DNA of 62,981 nt, the filler included, from Octopus bimaculoides (lineage: Eukaryota): the NCBI RefSeq assembly GCF_001194135.2. It is 4 parts of 4 records of this genome, joined end to end, with 100 filler letters (N's around TTAATTAATTAA, not from the genome) between each part and the next. Parts side by side here need not be neighbours in the genome. Positions count along the whole stretch, not along the records: positions 1 to 13,600 come from NC_068999.1; positions 13,701 to 38,431 come from NC_068987.1; 2 more parts are not named here. The stretch is one strand, 5' to 3'. Every line of letters begins with the position of its first letter. Positions within the stretch are counted from its first letter, which is position 1. Under the pieces are notes generated by a model. The model was not told where the DNA came from and made no database searches. It worked only from the letters and a program-made list of their open reading frames with translations. The translations under genes were made by a program, and so were the position numbers. Positions 1-13,903 of this stretch are shown here, one piece after another.

Positions 1-31
<31 letters not shown>

Positions 32-499
32 TTATTTGAAGATGGTCATTATGCCATTTTAGCCAATAAAATCACACGTAGTATATATTTGGTGTTCACC
101 TGCTTCAGCTCTATGTTAAATTAATTCTATTTCGACCAGAATTATTTCGTCACACTTCTGTGACCTCGTCAGTAGTCCCTTGCTTTCTACTTTCTTTTTT
201 GTGCACCTTTCCATACTAAGGATCAACCATTTTGTACTCATATTGTATTTGTATTTATTTGCGCATGCGTATATCCCTGTACCAGGCACATTCCCACACG
301 AACGTGTATAAACAGGGGTTACTGATAATACATGTGCATTCTTACACACATAAACACTTACTAAACATAGACACACACAGGGATATACCCAAGCGCAAAT
401 AAAGACACATACAATAGGAATACAAAATGGCTGATCATTAGTAAGGCAAGACACAAAAAAAGAAAGAAGAAAGCAAAGGACCACTAATCGTACGGTACA

Positions 500-3150
500 T
501 TAATGTTGGACCTTGGACAGCACTAGGCAAATTTAATTTTTTTGACGACCTAGCCCTACTGCATGTTGATCTTTTAAATATGTTGTCAAGGTATTAAATA
601 GCCGTGGGCTCTTGGATCCAAAACTGTTGCAGTACATAGTCCTAACTGTGGGGAGGAGAGGATTGCTACTCCCTCACTCTAGCTCAGCCGTTCCATTGAG
701 AAGCAGTGGCATCCATAGAACCAGCATCGTTTCCGAGGCCTGTGTAATGAAAGTTTTCGGAATTCTTCCTGCGATGTTGGTAATAAGCACGTGAAACGCA
801 GCGTTTTTGATCATAATTCCTGGATCACACGTTGTACTTGAATCTGGGATTGCCACTCGTGTTCTCCCAAAGAATCTTTCTTGCGTTATATTATCACAAT
901 ATAGCTGACAAACTTTTCCTACATTAAATTGTATGTTGTTTGATTCAGCCCGTTTATAAATGGCATCTACCTCTTTCTGTAGATTACCATCGAAATGTTC
1001 CTTCACTGCCTCTATTACTTTTTGATCTTCGACATACCTAGTAAGAATGATTCTATATTCAACTGCTGGCATGTCTCAAACAGCCATCACAAACAGCAGT
1101 GACCCCATGACAGTCACTTGAGACACTCCACTCATTATTGCTGTCTTCTTGGAGAAGGCTCGATTAGTTACCACAGTTTGGCTACTCTCTTTTAAGAAGT
1201 CATGTAACCAGCCTCGCAGTTTTCCGGCTATACGTAGTCTCCATAGCTTGTGACATATCATCCCATGGTCAACTTTATTAAACACTTTTGCAAAATTGAT
1301 ATATATATATCATATCCACGTTTGAGTGATTTGTGAGTTGTTTCAACACATAGTCATAATGCTGCAAAAGGCAGCTTCTTTATAAGCGAAACACATATCG
1401 GGTGCCAGGAGGTAGGTCAGTATGTTCTAGGAACTTAATCATCTTTCGGAAAATAATATGTGCCACGACCTTGCTGAAATATAGCTTTACATCGATAAGT
1501 CTATAATTTTTAGTATCTACTAACTTCTTTCTGGACAGGACATATTATACTTTCTTGTAGCAGTCTGGAAAATCTCCCAATTGCAAGTATGCTCTGGAAG
1601 AGAATCTGTAGTGATCTTACTAGAGCCTCTTTGGGAATCCATCAGGGCCTATGGCTAACTCTAAGTTCATTTAATAAACAGCTGAATTTGAGCTCATTTA
1701 ATCAATAGCTGATATTTCGATGTACTCAATAATTTCCATCATTTGGGGTCGATGTGAGATTCCGAAGAACTCATTAGGCATAATACCTTCCAATGGTCTC
1801 AACGCAATTGCGAAAACAATTTTGCATCGCAGATTGAGTATTTCACTTTTCCTAAGGGTGCCAGCACTCTTTAAGACATTTTCTTTGAATAGCGTCCCTA
1901 CTGAAACAGACTCTTTTGAAAACTTATAGATAGCTTAATGTTTCTCCGTTTTTTTTTAACAGGCCTGGCATCATTCACTGCTCTCTCCTTTTCATGGGAG
2001 TGTTTCAGTTCACTTTCAATATCAAGCAAAATCCGTTTGAGATAAAATTATTCGCCATCCTTTAGTGAACCATTTTGCCTCATTGTAATTTTTGCTCGTC
2101 GTGTCACTAGAACATTTCGATCTCTGGGAATTATCTTCTTTTTTTTCTGTGAGTTTGATATTTCCTCTGTTGCAAAAGTTTTGAATATATCAGGCATGCC
2201 TATCATACAATGCTATAGCTTTATGTCAGCATCTTGCATAAAAAGGCTGGTTGAGCAGATTTTTTTCATGCCCACTTTCTGAATACCCTTCCAATCAGCT
2301 TTATGAAAGTTCAAGCTGGAATGCAGTTGGGTGCTCCTAGTAGCCAATATATCTACAACTTTCTAGAGACTATACACTGTAAATCATATTTTATTACGTT
2401 GCGTGGAAATCGTCGATGTTAACCTAGCATTACAGATTAGCGCCTAATTTTTGAAGCAGATGTTCAGAACATGACTGGTAGAGCACTATTTGCTCCATAA
2501 AGAGCACATGGTGCGATCGAGCAGAAGCACTGCTTACAGCCCTCAGATCATTTGACACTAGGGAGGTTGAAGTATGTGAAGGCTGCCATCTAGTTTGGTT
2601 AATAGTTCTTCCATTTTTTGGTGTTATAGTTAATACTTCTTCAATCTCTTTCAATGAGTCCATACGATTTAGAATATCTGGTGCACGATATGTAGTACAT
2701 ATAACTATTTTCATCTGTTTAATGTATGCCAAAAGAATGCCACAAACTGAATTTTAATGTGACAGCAGGACTATAGGTGTGACATACTCTAGGAGATACA
2801 TTGTAGTTCCATCGGGAGTTCTTCCTCTCTCAGTTTGAAATAATCATCATTTGGCGAATTTATCTCAGCATCTAACATGTCAGCCTTCCAGATGTGCTTC
2901 TGTTAGTGCCATGCATTTTGCTTGATTACATGTCACTAAATCTCTCAGGTATGGGGATTTTTCGTTGGTCCCTCTGTCATTCAGCAAGAGTAATTGTGTG
3001 ACATATAGAGTGTCGACAGAGGTGTCAGATCTGTTAAGTCTTTTTTACTCGACCACGCGGTGAGCAAATCTTGCTCATTTGACGATGGAAATATCCTTAG
3101 AACTGCCATTAAAGTTGATCGATATATAAATGCTTTTTTAATTACGGTGT
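500..3150 (-). mobile_element. Degraded CR1/L2-group non-LTR retrotransposon (APE endonuclease plus RT remnants)
   Basis: RT motifs FNKVDHGMICHKL..GKLRGWLHDFL and SGVSQVTVMGSLLF (1076-1285), LQHYDYVLKQL (about 1350); APE-like IVICTTYRAP (about 2700) and LTEAHL (about 2900). Many stops and frameshifts; boundaries approximate. Confidence 0.8.
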
Positions 3151-3308
3151 ATTCACATTGATGCTAATATATTTAACTAGAGACCACTTAAATTTCAGTT
3201 CAACTCACTCTAGTGTGAGAGTTTCAAGGTTTTCATGAGACTTAAGAAACTTAACTTCACACGTTTTCACAAGCTTGCGCCAATATATCTCTATATATAT
3301 TCATATGT

Positions 3309-3680
3309 GGAGGCGCAATGGCCCAGTGGTTAGGGCAGCAGGCTCGCGGTTTCGATTCCCAGACCGGGAGTTCTGAGTGTTTATTGAGCGTAAATTCCTA
3401 CATAAAGCTCCACGAGGCTCCGGCAGCGGATGGGAGATGAACCCTGTTGTATCCTTTCACCGCAACTTTATTTCTCACCCTTTCTTTCTGTTTCTGTTGC
3501 ACTTGTATTTCAAAGGGCTAGCCTTGTCTCACTCTCTCTCACGCTGAATCGCCCCGAGAACTACGTTAAGGGTACACGTGTCTGTGGAATGCACTGCCAC
3601 TTGCAAGTTAATTTCACGAACAGGCTGTTCCGTTGATCGGATCAACTGGAACCTTCGTGGTCGTAACCGACGGAGTGCCA
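3309..3680 (+). mobile_element. tRNA-derived SINE, family A, near full length
   Basis: Head gtggaggcgcaatggcccagtggttagggcag...ggtttcgattcc (A/B-box-like). Body and tail (..gtaaccgacggagtgcc) are shared with the copies at 25788-26169, 41780-41987 and 45187-45510. Confidence 0.85.
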
Positions 3681-3714
3681 CGAAATATGTTGATATATAC
3701 AGATTGTGTTGGGT

Positions 3715-4575
3715 AAATTGTCGAACTTTTGTATTTTTACTTTTCGCGCACACGCATTGTTTGCTTTTGCTTTTCTCAACTACACAATATAGTAGGGACA
3801 GTTGGGCACCGTCTGTAAGAAAGAAAGCAACATGACGCAATTCACTCTGTCAGCAATTTAGAAAGGATATGCTATACTGCTTCGAATTTTCGCCGAAAGC
3901 TCCAATATGAATATTTCAGAGTGATTGGGTGTCAATCTGCGGACAGTGCAATCTCAGGACATGTACTGAGAGTAATAAAAATCAAACATCCAGTCAACAC
4001 CATGGTGTTTGGAGTGATCACTAGTGATGGCGACGTTATGCCTGTATTCATCTTCTCATATGAACTCAGACTGAACACGGAGGCCTACCTCAAGTACTTG
4101 GAAGGGGTAGTGCTGTTCTGGGGTAAGAGAGTGTCTGTTGGAAGACACTATGTCTAGAAAAAGGACTGCACCAAACCACATAAACAGGAGAACGCAGTCA
4201 TGGCTGTCAGATAATTTCTACGACTACATCACCACTAAAATTTGGCCAGTTAACTCCCTGGACTTCAACCCTGTTTATTATAATATGTGGGGCTCATTTG
4301 AGCGAGAGACCACCATAACTCCATGTTGCATCAAAGATGAACTGAAGGCAAGGATTATAGCAGCGTTCACCCACTTAAACAATGAGTCCATCCAGAAGAG
4401 CTGCACGCGATTCCAAAGTCGTCTAGATACCGTGGCGATTTTATTGAATAAATTTACTCTTTGGTATTTCAAGATATTTTTATGTAATTTCAGTGAATAT
4501 ATCTGCGAAAACGAGATGTCTGTGTTATTTTCAGTTTTGCGTAATTTAGACGACAGTTTATTCACTGCACCCTGA
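3715..4575 (+). mobile_element. Tc1-like DNA transposon remnant with partial DDE transposase
   Basis: VFGVITSDGDVMP...RLNTEAYLKYLE, then frameshifted TQSWL..NF....WPVNSLDFNPVYYNMWG..ER (a WPPNSPDLNP-type motif). Ends at cactgcaccctg+ata. Confidence 0.8.
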
Positions 4576-4594
4576 TATAGGTATGTGTGTGCGG

Positions 4595-4689
<95 letters not shown>

Positions 4690-5895
4690 NNNNNNNNNNN
4701 NNNNNNNNNNNNNNNNNNNNNNNNNNNNNNNNNNNNNNNNNNNNNNNNNNNNNNNNNNNNNNNNNNNNNNNNNNNNNNNNNNNNNNNNNNNNNNNNNNNN
4801 NNNNNNNNNNNNNNNNNNNNNNNNNNNNNNNNNNNNNNNNNNNNNNNNNNNNNNNNNNNNNNNNNNNNNNNNNNNNNNNNNNNNNNNNNNNNNNNNNNNN
4901 NNNNNNNNNNNNNNNNNNNNNNNNNNNNNNNNNNNNNNNNNNNNNNNNNNNNNNNNNNNNNNNNNNNNNNNNNNNNNNNNNNNNNNNNNNNNNNNNNNNN
5001 NNNNNNNNNNNNNNNNNNNNNNNNNNNNNNNNNNNNNNNNNNNNNNNNNNNNNNNNNNNNNNNNNNNNNNNNNNNNNNNNNNNNNNNNNNNNNNNNNNNN
5101 NNNNNNNNNNNNNNNNNNNNNNNNNNNNNNNNNNNNNNNNNNNNNNNNNNNNNNNNNNNNNNNNNNNNNNNNNNNNNNNNNNNNNNNNNNNNNNNNNNNN
5201 NNNNNNNNNNNNNNNNNNNATATATATATATATATATATATACTTATAGACTTAAATACATATACACATACGTACATACATACACACACACACATTTATA
5301 TATATATATATGTCAATATTTGTGTATATGTGTATCTGTATGAACACATATAGACCGGTATACAATCGAATTGACACGGTCAAACAAATAAAGAGTTAAG
5401 TATGTGTTCCTAGATTTATGGCCTGTCTTTCTAATATAAGTCACATCGACCTTAGATTAATTAGCAAATCAGCTGCCTCGTTCAGTATTATCCTCTAAGA
5501 AATAAAGAAAAAAACGTAAAGATATAAACATAAATCATATGCGGTTCACTAGTTACACCGTACTTAATGTCCGCATTCTTTCCAACCTCAGGATATTTAC
5601 AGACTGATGTCAGTATAAGCAGATATAAAGGGACATACACTTCTCACGTATACTTATATATTCACAGAAAGATATATCAATTTTTCTCTCTCTCTCCCTC
5701 CGCACAACCACATACATGCATACACTCTCACACAAACACACATGTATACACATATACACGCGCGCTAACGTGCACACAGCGAATTCCTATTTAATTACAA
5801 ATTTAAAGATACCTTCATACATCCTTATACATTTATTCATAGCAAGATGCTTAAGGAATAGTTGTAAATGCCAAACATGTTTTTAATATCTGAAC

Positions 5896-6105
5896 AACAG
5901 CAAGCTGGCAGAAGCGCTAGCACGCCGGGCGAATTGCTTAGCAATATTTTATCTGGTTTTAGATTGAGTTCAAATTCTGCCGAGGGCGACTTTGCTTTTC
6001 ATCCTTCGGGATCGATAAATCCAGGATCAGTTGCGTATTGGTGTCGATCTAATCGACTGGCTCCCTTCCCTCAGAATTCCCGGCCTTGTGCCTAGAGGAG
6101 AAAAG
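5896..6105 (+). mobile_element. tRNA-derived SINE, family C
   Basis: agctggcagaagcgctagcacgccgggcgaattgcttagc...gagttcaaattctgccgagg...ccttgtgcctagag; matches the copies at 14832-15035, 37610-37795 and 43060-43265. Confidence 0.8.
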
Positions 6106-6560
6106 AATATTTGAACAACAGAAAAAATATTGAATTATAAAATAGTAGAAATACATAGTAACATCAGAAATAGATCGTAGTGCGGTGTATATATTTTAGC
6201 ATCAGTAATTTTCTAAGACACCAAGAATACAATAATTTGTACGTTTTCAATCATTTGTTCGTTAATTTTGTAGTGAAGCAGTGAATTCGTAAATAATGTT
6301 TCTATTGCCAACTTGTAGCAAAGTAGGTTTGCATTCATTTATATATGTAGAGTTTTACAATGCACCAAGTTATAAGTACTCGTTGTTTACATATTTGGTG
6401 TAACATACGTGTGCAAATAAATGAGTTATACTGCATAAATCTAGTATATTTAAATGAGTACATTTTGGTCTTATCTACATTAGCATACTGTGCTATTGGC
6501 ATAAAACGAGGAACATGAACAGTGGTACAGTTACAAATATGAAGCGTATTATTAGTGGTT

Positions 6561-6595
<35 letters not shown>

Positions 6596-6616
6596 CTATG
6601 TATATATATACATATG

Positions 6617-6700
<84 letters not shown>

Positions 6701-7174
6701 NNNNNNNNNNNNNNNNNNNNNNNNNNNNNNNNNNNNNNNNNNNNNNNNNNNNNNNNNNNNNNNNNNNNNNNNNNNNNNNNNNNNNNNNNNNNNNNNNNNN
6801 NNNNNNNNNNNNNNNNNNNNNNNNNNNNNNNNNNNNNNNNNNNNNNNNNNNNNNNNNNNNNNNNNNNNNNNNNNNNNNNNNNNNNNNNNNNNNNNNNNNN
6901 NNNNNNNNNNNNNNNNNNNNNNNNNNNNNNNNNNNNNNNNNNNNNNNNNNNNNNNNNNNNNNNNNNNNNNNNNNNNNNNNNNNNNNNNNNNNNNNNNNNN
7001 NNNNNNNNNNNNNNNNNNNNNNNNNNNNNNNNNNNNNNNNNNNNNNNNNNNNNNNNNNNNNNNNNNNNNNNNNNNNNNNNNNNNNNNNNNNNNNNNNNNN
7101 NNNNNNNNNNNNNNNNNNNNNNNNNNNNNNNNNNNNNNNNNNNNNNNNNNNNNNNNNNNNNNNNNNNNNNNNNN

Positions 7175-7209
<35 letters not shown>

Positions 7210-7500
7210 AAAAATATATATAAGTTGAAATAATTCGTTACATTTTCACAGTTCCTATAATTATTTATATAATATTTCGTTATTTTATATTCATAGTATT
7301 TAATGTAATATTGTAATATAAATAAATTATTGAATGTCAATAGAATATCTCTATATTTAATTTATCTTTCTTATTGAATTATACCAATATATATATATAT
7401 GGTATTCAACTGAAGTACCAGGGAATTAGATGTTTAACACTCCCCTTTGAAAGATTTCTTTTCTTCAGTATGTTACTCTCTCTCTATCTATCTCTCCCTC

Positions 7501-7533
<33 letters not shown>

Positions 7534-7617
7534 ACATATATATGTATATATATTGACAGCACAATATCTGTATATATATACATACACACACACACACACA
7601 CACGCACACATATATAT

Positions 7618-7790
7618 TTGTGTCAGTCATTTGAGTGCAGCTATCCTAGAGCACCGCCTTTAGTCGAGTAAATCGACCCTAGGACTTATTCTTTCTCTCT
7701 CTTTTGCTGAACCGCTAAGTTACGGGGACGTCAACACACCAGCATCGGTTGTCTAGCGATGTTGGGAGGGACAATCACAGACACACAAAC
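7618..7790 (-). mobile_element. SINE family B, 3' half
   Basis: Reverse complement matches the 3' half of 20862-21258 (catcgcttgacaaccgatgctggtgtg..ccccgtaacttagcggttc..). Confidence 0.75.
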
Positions 7791-7804
7791 ATATGCACAC
7801 ACAC

Positions 7805-7840
<36 letters not shown>

Positions 7841-8090
7841 NNNNNNNNNNTATATATATCTTTTGAGAGCTCAATATGAAATTTCACTAGCAATACGCGT
7901 GTGCATAATTTTTGCGCACATAACACTAACACGCGTACGTATAGGGATTCATATACAGCTGTCTCTTTTTTTGCGCGTATATATAAAGATGTTTATGTGT
8001 CTATATAATATATATATATATATATATGTGTGTGTATAATATATGTGTGTGTGTGTTTTGTATCAATATATGTATACATGCATGTATATT

Positions 8091-8545
8091 TCAAAATGCT
8101 CCGGTGGATAGGGGTGTCAAGCAAAGAGACACCATCTTTCCTAAGATTTTCACGTCGTATCTCGAGATGGTCATGATAGACATGAACTGGAACGGATATA
8201 TAAGGATAAACGCAGATCTGCTCACCCATCTGAGATTCGCTGCTAATATAGCGCTGACAGCGGAGAGCATCGATCCAGCTGAAGATCAGCTGTACAAAAA
8301 CCAAGTACATAAGGTCTGAATGCGTACCGATGGGCGATCATGTCGAAAGGTTCACAGATAATCGGTGAACTCGTACAGTGCTCGAGTGGTTCAGGTGCAA
8401 AAGGAAGAGATCACTCGGAAGACCTCCAATCAGGTGGGAAGTTGAGTTAAGAAAGATGTTTGGGACAACGTGGAGGAGTATGGCGAGGGGAATGGATTGA
8501 AAGCCATGGCCAGTGGACCCGACTCATCAAAAAACAGCCTTGCCA
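8091..8545 (+). mobile_element. RTE-clade LINE RT fragment
   Basis: RGVKQRDTIFPKIF..YLE.VM..MNW...I.IN...LTHLRFAANIAL, a degenerate RTE QGD.ISP / LRFADD region. Confidence 0.75.
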
Positions 8546-8791
8546 GGTGATATGTATACTTACATATATANNNNNNNNNNNNNNNNNNNNNNNNNNNNNN
8601 NNNNNNNNNNNNNNNNNNNNNNNNNNNNNNNNNNNNNNNNNNNNNNNNNNNNNNNNNNNNNNNNNNNNNNNNNNNNNNNNNNNNNNNNNNNNNNNNNNNN
8701 NNNNNNNNNNNNNNNNNNNNNNNNNNNNNNNNNNNNNNNNNNNNNNNNNNNNNNNNNNNNNNNNNNNNNNNNNNNNNNNNNNNNNNNNNNN

Positions 8792-8842
<51 letters not shown>

Positions 8843-11162
8843 CTTACTCGGAAGAACGGCCCTTCATCAGTTGTCGGCTGTCTATCTACTCCCCGTTTCA
8901 AGCATTCAATGACTATGTGAGATTTCGAAGACAGTTGCTCCCATAAGTTCCAAAATAAAATTTGGGATTTCTGCATGGTCAAAGTTGGGAACTAAAACAG
9001 GACAGTGGAGATATATGAAGCAAACCGAACGCAAAAGAAACATGGACAGTTTTTAGACCAGAACGAGGGTAAACTAGTGAACGCTGAAGAAATATTTTCT
9101 TTGACAAGAGAAAAGATAGGAGAGAGAGATAGGATATGTGCTGTCCTTAAGACAGTCATGAAAAAAAAGAAAGATGATCATGTGAGGAATAGAAAGATGG
9201 ATGATGGTCACGTGTAAGCAACAAGAGAGAGAAAGGGAGTAAGAGGGAGGGAGAGATAGAAAACGGCGAAGGGGAGGAAAAAAGGGTATTAGAGAAAGGA
9301 TGAGAGAGAAAACAGTATGGAGTAGAGTCGCATCAAAACGATAAAGAGAAACTTACTTGGAAATGGATGCGGGTCGTTTAATCAAATAATAATATAAATG
9401 ATATATATATATAAGTGCGTGTGTGTGTGTTCAGCAATATCACTGCCAAACAATGTTTTGGCTTAGGTGAACTGTAGGTTAGTTAAATTATGGTTGTGAT
9501 ATATTTCAATTTGTAATGGCAAATTCACAGCAGTTACCGTAGAGCAAATGATCTCACTCATGAGAAAGGCGTGAAAAAGTACCATATTTGTCTAGTGATG
9601 TCTCCTGTCGGATTTCCAGACTTGTTTATAGCTTTCGTTGTCATCAATGGCAACTGCTCAAGATAGGCAACTCTGGACAGACTTAATTATAGCTGTAAAT
9701 TTAAATATAAAAAAACAGCCAAAAACAACGTAGAATCTGTGGCCTTTGACCACCAGGTCAGAAGAAATTCAGAAGTAGCAGCGCCAAGCAGTGTTTAGAA
9801 ATTAGCAAACTTTAGGTTAGTTTAAATATGCTTGCGACGTGTTTCAGCTTCTACAGACAAATTCGCCGCAGTGAATTGCCTTTAGAAATCGAAATACGGC
9901 ACAAACATATTTTAACAAACCTAAAGTTCGCATATGTACACATACGCACGCACACAGACAAACACACAGAGACTCGCAAACACTCATACACACATGCAAA
10001 CACACACAAAGACACACACACATAAGCATATGCATATATATTGCTATAAGCATCTACTTATGCGTCTATGCATTCTCTAATTATACAGCATTCTGTATAT
10101 TACTACTTCGAGCTGATAAACTTATAGCTATCAGGATGTGATGTCGTGTAATAAAAATCCGAACATATTTTGTAGTGAGTATAAAAAGAGTATGATGAAA
10201 GATATATAGAAATCACTACATAAATATACATATATATNNNNNNNNNNNNNNNNNNNNNNNNNNNNNNNNNNNNNNNNNNNNNNNNNNNNNNNNNNNNNNN
10301 NNNNNNNNNNNNNNNNNNNNNNNNNNNNNNNNNNNNNNNNNNNNNNNNNNNNNNNNNNNNNNNNNNNNNNNNNNNNNNNNNNNNNNNNNNNNNNNNNNNN
10401 NNNNNNNNNNNNNNNNNNNNNNNNNNNNNNNNNNNNNNNNNNNNNNNNNNNNNNNNNNNNNNNNNNNNNNNNTATATATATATATATATATATATATTTA
10501 CTCGTGCTACAGAAGTATCAAATTCATCGTTTCCTTATAAATTTTGGTTCTCTTCGAATATTATGGATTTTTTTTTTTACATCGCCACAATGATGTTGAA
10601 ATTCTCTATCATAACACATCAGTAAATGTATTTTCCCTGTTGCTTTCTTGAGTCATTTGATGTAAATTAGCAAGGAACGTATTCAGAATGCCGGTAACCA
10701 TCGTAGTATGAAGCCAATAATACGTCTATAATAACATATGAGAAAACATGAACATCTGAGCGCACATAAAGGTAACAAGGTTTGTTAGATATTAGTATTA
10801 ATTATCTTGAACGAATCTCCTGGTGTTCTGTGTTATTTAATAAAAGCTTCACTTTTGTTAACAAATTATCAGCGGAACATTAAATCTACGCAGACTGTTA
10901 TTATCACCAGATATAATTCAATTTTTTTAATTTTTATCTTGGTTGTTATGAATGTTGTTCTTAAATATATGTATGCTAAAATCTATTATTTTAGTGCATC
11001 CCACAACTTATCGTTTATATACGCGATAAAACAGGTTCCTTTCGAAAGTACCATTGTACTGAAACTAATGAAACTTGGGTCAAAATACTTCATTAACTTA
11101 TTGAATCTAATTATCACTTTCCAGCAAAGGAAGAAGGAACGTTCACCTTAATGCTTTATTGC

Positions 11163-11352
11163 AGGCGGCGTACTGACAAAATGCTTTGCCGCATTTCACC
11201 CAACTTTACGTTCAGATTTCAATTACAACGGGATCTTTACTTTTCATCTTCTCCGGGTCGATAAAATAAAATTCTGGTTGATGAGTAGATTTGATGTAAT
11301 AGACTTCCGCTCTCTCTCGAATTCTGCTGGCGTTGTGCCAAAATTTGAACCC
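11163..11352 (+). mobile_element. SINE family C, diverged
   Basis: aggcggcg..aaatgctttgccgcattt...gggtcgataaaataaa...ttgtgccaaaatttgaac. Confidence 0.6.
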
Positions 11353-11567
11353 GTTATTAGGGTGAAATTGCTGATGAAATCTTTCTCAAAATATATTCTA
11401 TCCCTAATTTCATTAAAAGGATTTAAAGGCCAGCCTCGCTGAATCTGTAGCCCTAGATATACTGTGTTTTCTCTGTAAGTACATACACTCCTATTTACGG
11501 AAAAGTGAAAACTAAAATTCAAAAGGGACGAAGAGAATGTGAAAAGATATGTTAATATCAACATAAT

Positions 11568-11762
11568 ATCGGTTTCAAATTTAAGAACAAGGCCGCCAAA
11601 TGTAGATGAGGGGTCTGTCAATTGCATGAAGTGCAGTGTCGAACTAGTACTTATTTGATCAACCCCTAAATGATGAAAGGCAAAGTCGACCTCGGCAGAA
11701 TTTTACCTCTGATCTTAAAGACGGACGAAATATCACCAAGTGTTTTACCCAGCATGCTATCG
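11568..11762 (-). mobile_element. SINE family C, diverged
   Basis: gatgaaaggcaaagtcgacctcggcagaatt...gacggacgaaat is the reverse complement of the family C core. Confidence 0.7.
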
Positions 11763-12504
11763 ATAGCATGCTGGGTAAAATATCAGCATGATATTACACA
11801 TCATTGTCTGCGGAATGCTGGTTACTAATTTTAAATTTTAAATGTTAAGCTGTGATCATTAGAGTTCATCACACACACTGGTTTATGTCCTCATCGATAA
11901 ACCGGTTAAATGAGAAGGAAACGCAGGCATCGGATACTTAGTGCTTCAGAACGAATAATATTCTGGCTACCATAAAACTGACAATCTATGGTAACGCACA
12001 TTTAACTTCCGGTGATACTTCACACAGAATCGTATAGCCATTAAGGACATCCAGCTACCGATCTCTTACAGAAAATAATTGGAAATAATATGGAAATTAA
12101 CTGGCCTATCCATGACGTCGATATCAAGAAAACTGAAGTAAGCTATTGAACAGCCAACAGCTGAAGGCTGCCTAAACTTGCTTATCTACACAGTGGCAAT
12201 TTTTTCAGGAAGAAATGAAATACCTTTCTGTAGAAAAGAAGCAAAGGTCAGCTTATTTTCACCCTAATTATGCATATACTGAGAGCAATTTAGCGAGCAA
12301 AAATGAACGATGGCATTTGTTACATAAATAGATGTGATGAAACCACACAGTTTATCTTTGAAAGAACGCTTTCAGTGAGTTTCTCTCAATGTTACAGCGT
12401 GTAGCGGATAATTACAGCGACCTACGATCTGTTGTAAAAAAAAAAAAACCAGGTTGCATCATATGCATAAATGCATTATATCTATATATATCTGAATTAC
12501 GACA

Positions 12505-12515
12505 TAGATAGATAA

Positions 12516-12575
<60 letters not shown>

Positions 12576-12716
12576 GTAGATAGGTATATAGATAGATAGA
12601 TAGATAGATAGATACATACATACATACATACATACATACATCCATACACACATCCATCCATCCATCCGTCCATACATACATACATACATACATACATACA
12701 TACATACATACATACA
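12505..12716. repeat. Compound tetranucleotide microsatellite (GATA)n-(CATA)n-(CATC)n-(CATA)n
   Basis: Directly visible. Confidence 0.95.
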
Positions 12717-13502
12717 TAAAGTGGTGAATAATCACGGTTAAAAAAGAATGTTATCATAAACCTGAGCAGGTAAATATGGTTAGCCAAACATTTTTTTTTT
12801 TTAAAGTGAGATTAAGTATCGAAGCTTTCCAAAATAGTTTACTGGCCAAAAAACGAAAACAAAAAAAGAACACATTGTACCTCACTTGAACGTTTAACAC
12901 ATTATTTCAACAAATGTTTCACGAAATATTCACTAGTTGTTCAGTCACATACAAATGAGCAATACACATAATTATCCGCTATTCTCTTTTCAGTAAAACG
13001 TCGATCATACTGCTTGCAATGTACTTTATGGCAGAAGGCAAGAAACTTTTCTACTAAATATTACATAATTAACAGCGTTGATCGATAATATTCTTCATTG
13101 CTCAACAAAACGTATTCACGAGGACAATTAACAATAACGGAAACCATTACATTAACTGTAAGTGTGACGCGTGGCAATAAACTTCTATTTCAAGGCGGAT
13201 TACACGATTTATGTATAAATTCATTTTGAAAACGAGTGACAATCTATTTATATAATAACTGACACTCTGCGAACAGAAACTTAATGAAAATATTGTGAAA
13301 ATCTGATAATAGTCGCATATAATATTCAAATGATGAAAGAAAACAAAGTATATTTGGTAAGTTATAATGAAGTGGTAGATGGAGGTATCAGATATATTGT
13401 GCGAAGAACAATTCGAATGTTTAATATGGAAGTGCTTCAATATTGTCAATAGTTACGTGAGTGAATTTGGAAATAAGATTTCAGGACATAGGTTGTTATT
13501 GA

Positions 13503-13518
13503 ACAAGAAGAAGAAGAA

Positions 13519-13565
<47 letters not shown>

Positions 13566-13600
13566 AGAAGAAGAAGAAGAAGAAGAAGAAGAAGAAGAAG
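13503..13600. repeat. (GAA)n microsatellite running into a scaffold gap
   Basis: Directly visible. Confidence 0.95.
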
Positions 13601-13734
13601 NNNNNNNNNNNNNNNNNNNNNNNNNNNNNNNNNNNNNNNNNNNNTTAATTAATTAANNNNNNNNNNNNNNNNNNNNNNNNNNNNNNNNNNNNNNNNNNNN
13701 AGACATACAAGTACACATACATATACATACATAT

Positions 13735-13903
13735 ATACGCCGGGCTTCTTTCAGTTTCCGTCTACCAAATCCACTCACAAGGCTTTGGTCGGCCCGAAGC
13801 TATAGTAGAAGACACTTGCCCAAGGTGCCACGCAGTGGGACTGAACCCGGAACCAAGTGGTTGGTAAGCAAGCTACTTACTACACAGCCACTCCTGCGCC
13901 TAT
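13735..13903 (-). mobile_element. SINE family B, 5' half (a second partial copy follows at about 13930-14045)
   Basis: Reverse complement of aggcgcaggagtggctgtgtagtaagtagcttgcttacc...cggaaactgaaagaagccc. Confidence 0.85.

Noticed and set aside
3309-3365. tRNA genes at SINE heads (A/B-box-like sequence here and at 20862, 26100-26169 and 62292)
   Set aside because: They run directly into SINE bodies and lack a complete cloverleaf, so they are tRNA-derived SINE heads rather than tRNA genes.
13330-13356. ATG...TTG|gtaagt mini-exon (MMKENKVYL) as exon 1 of copy A
   Set aside because: Good donor and phase 0, but no similarity to the MMACHC N-terminus, and it lies across a scaffold linker from exon 2.
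13645-13656. TTAATTAATTAA islands inside 100-bp N spacers (also 38476-38487 and 53557-53568)
   Set aside because: An identical all-frame-stop linker centred in fixed-length N runs is an artificial scaffolding spacer, not biology. It marks joins across which adjacency is less certain; none lies between the two MMACHC paralogs.
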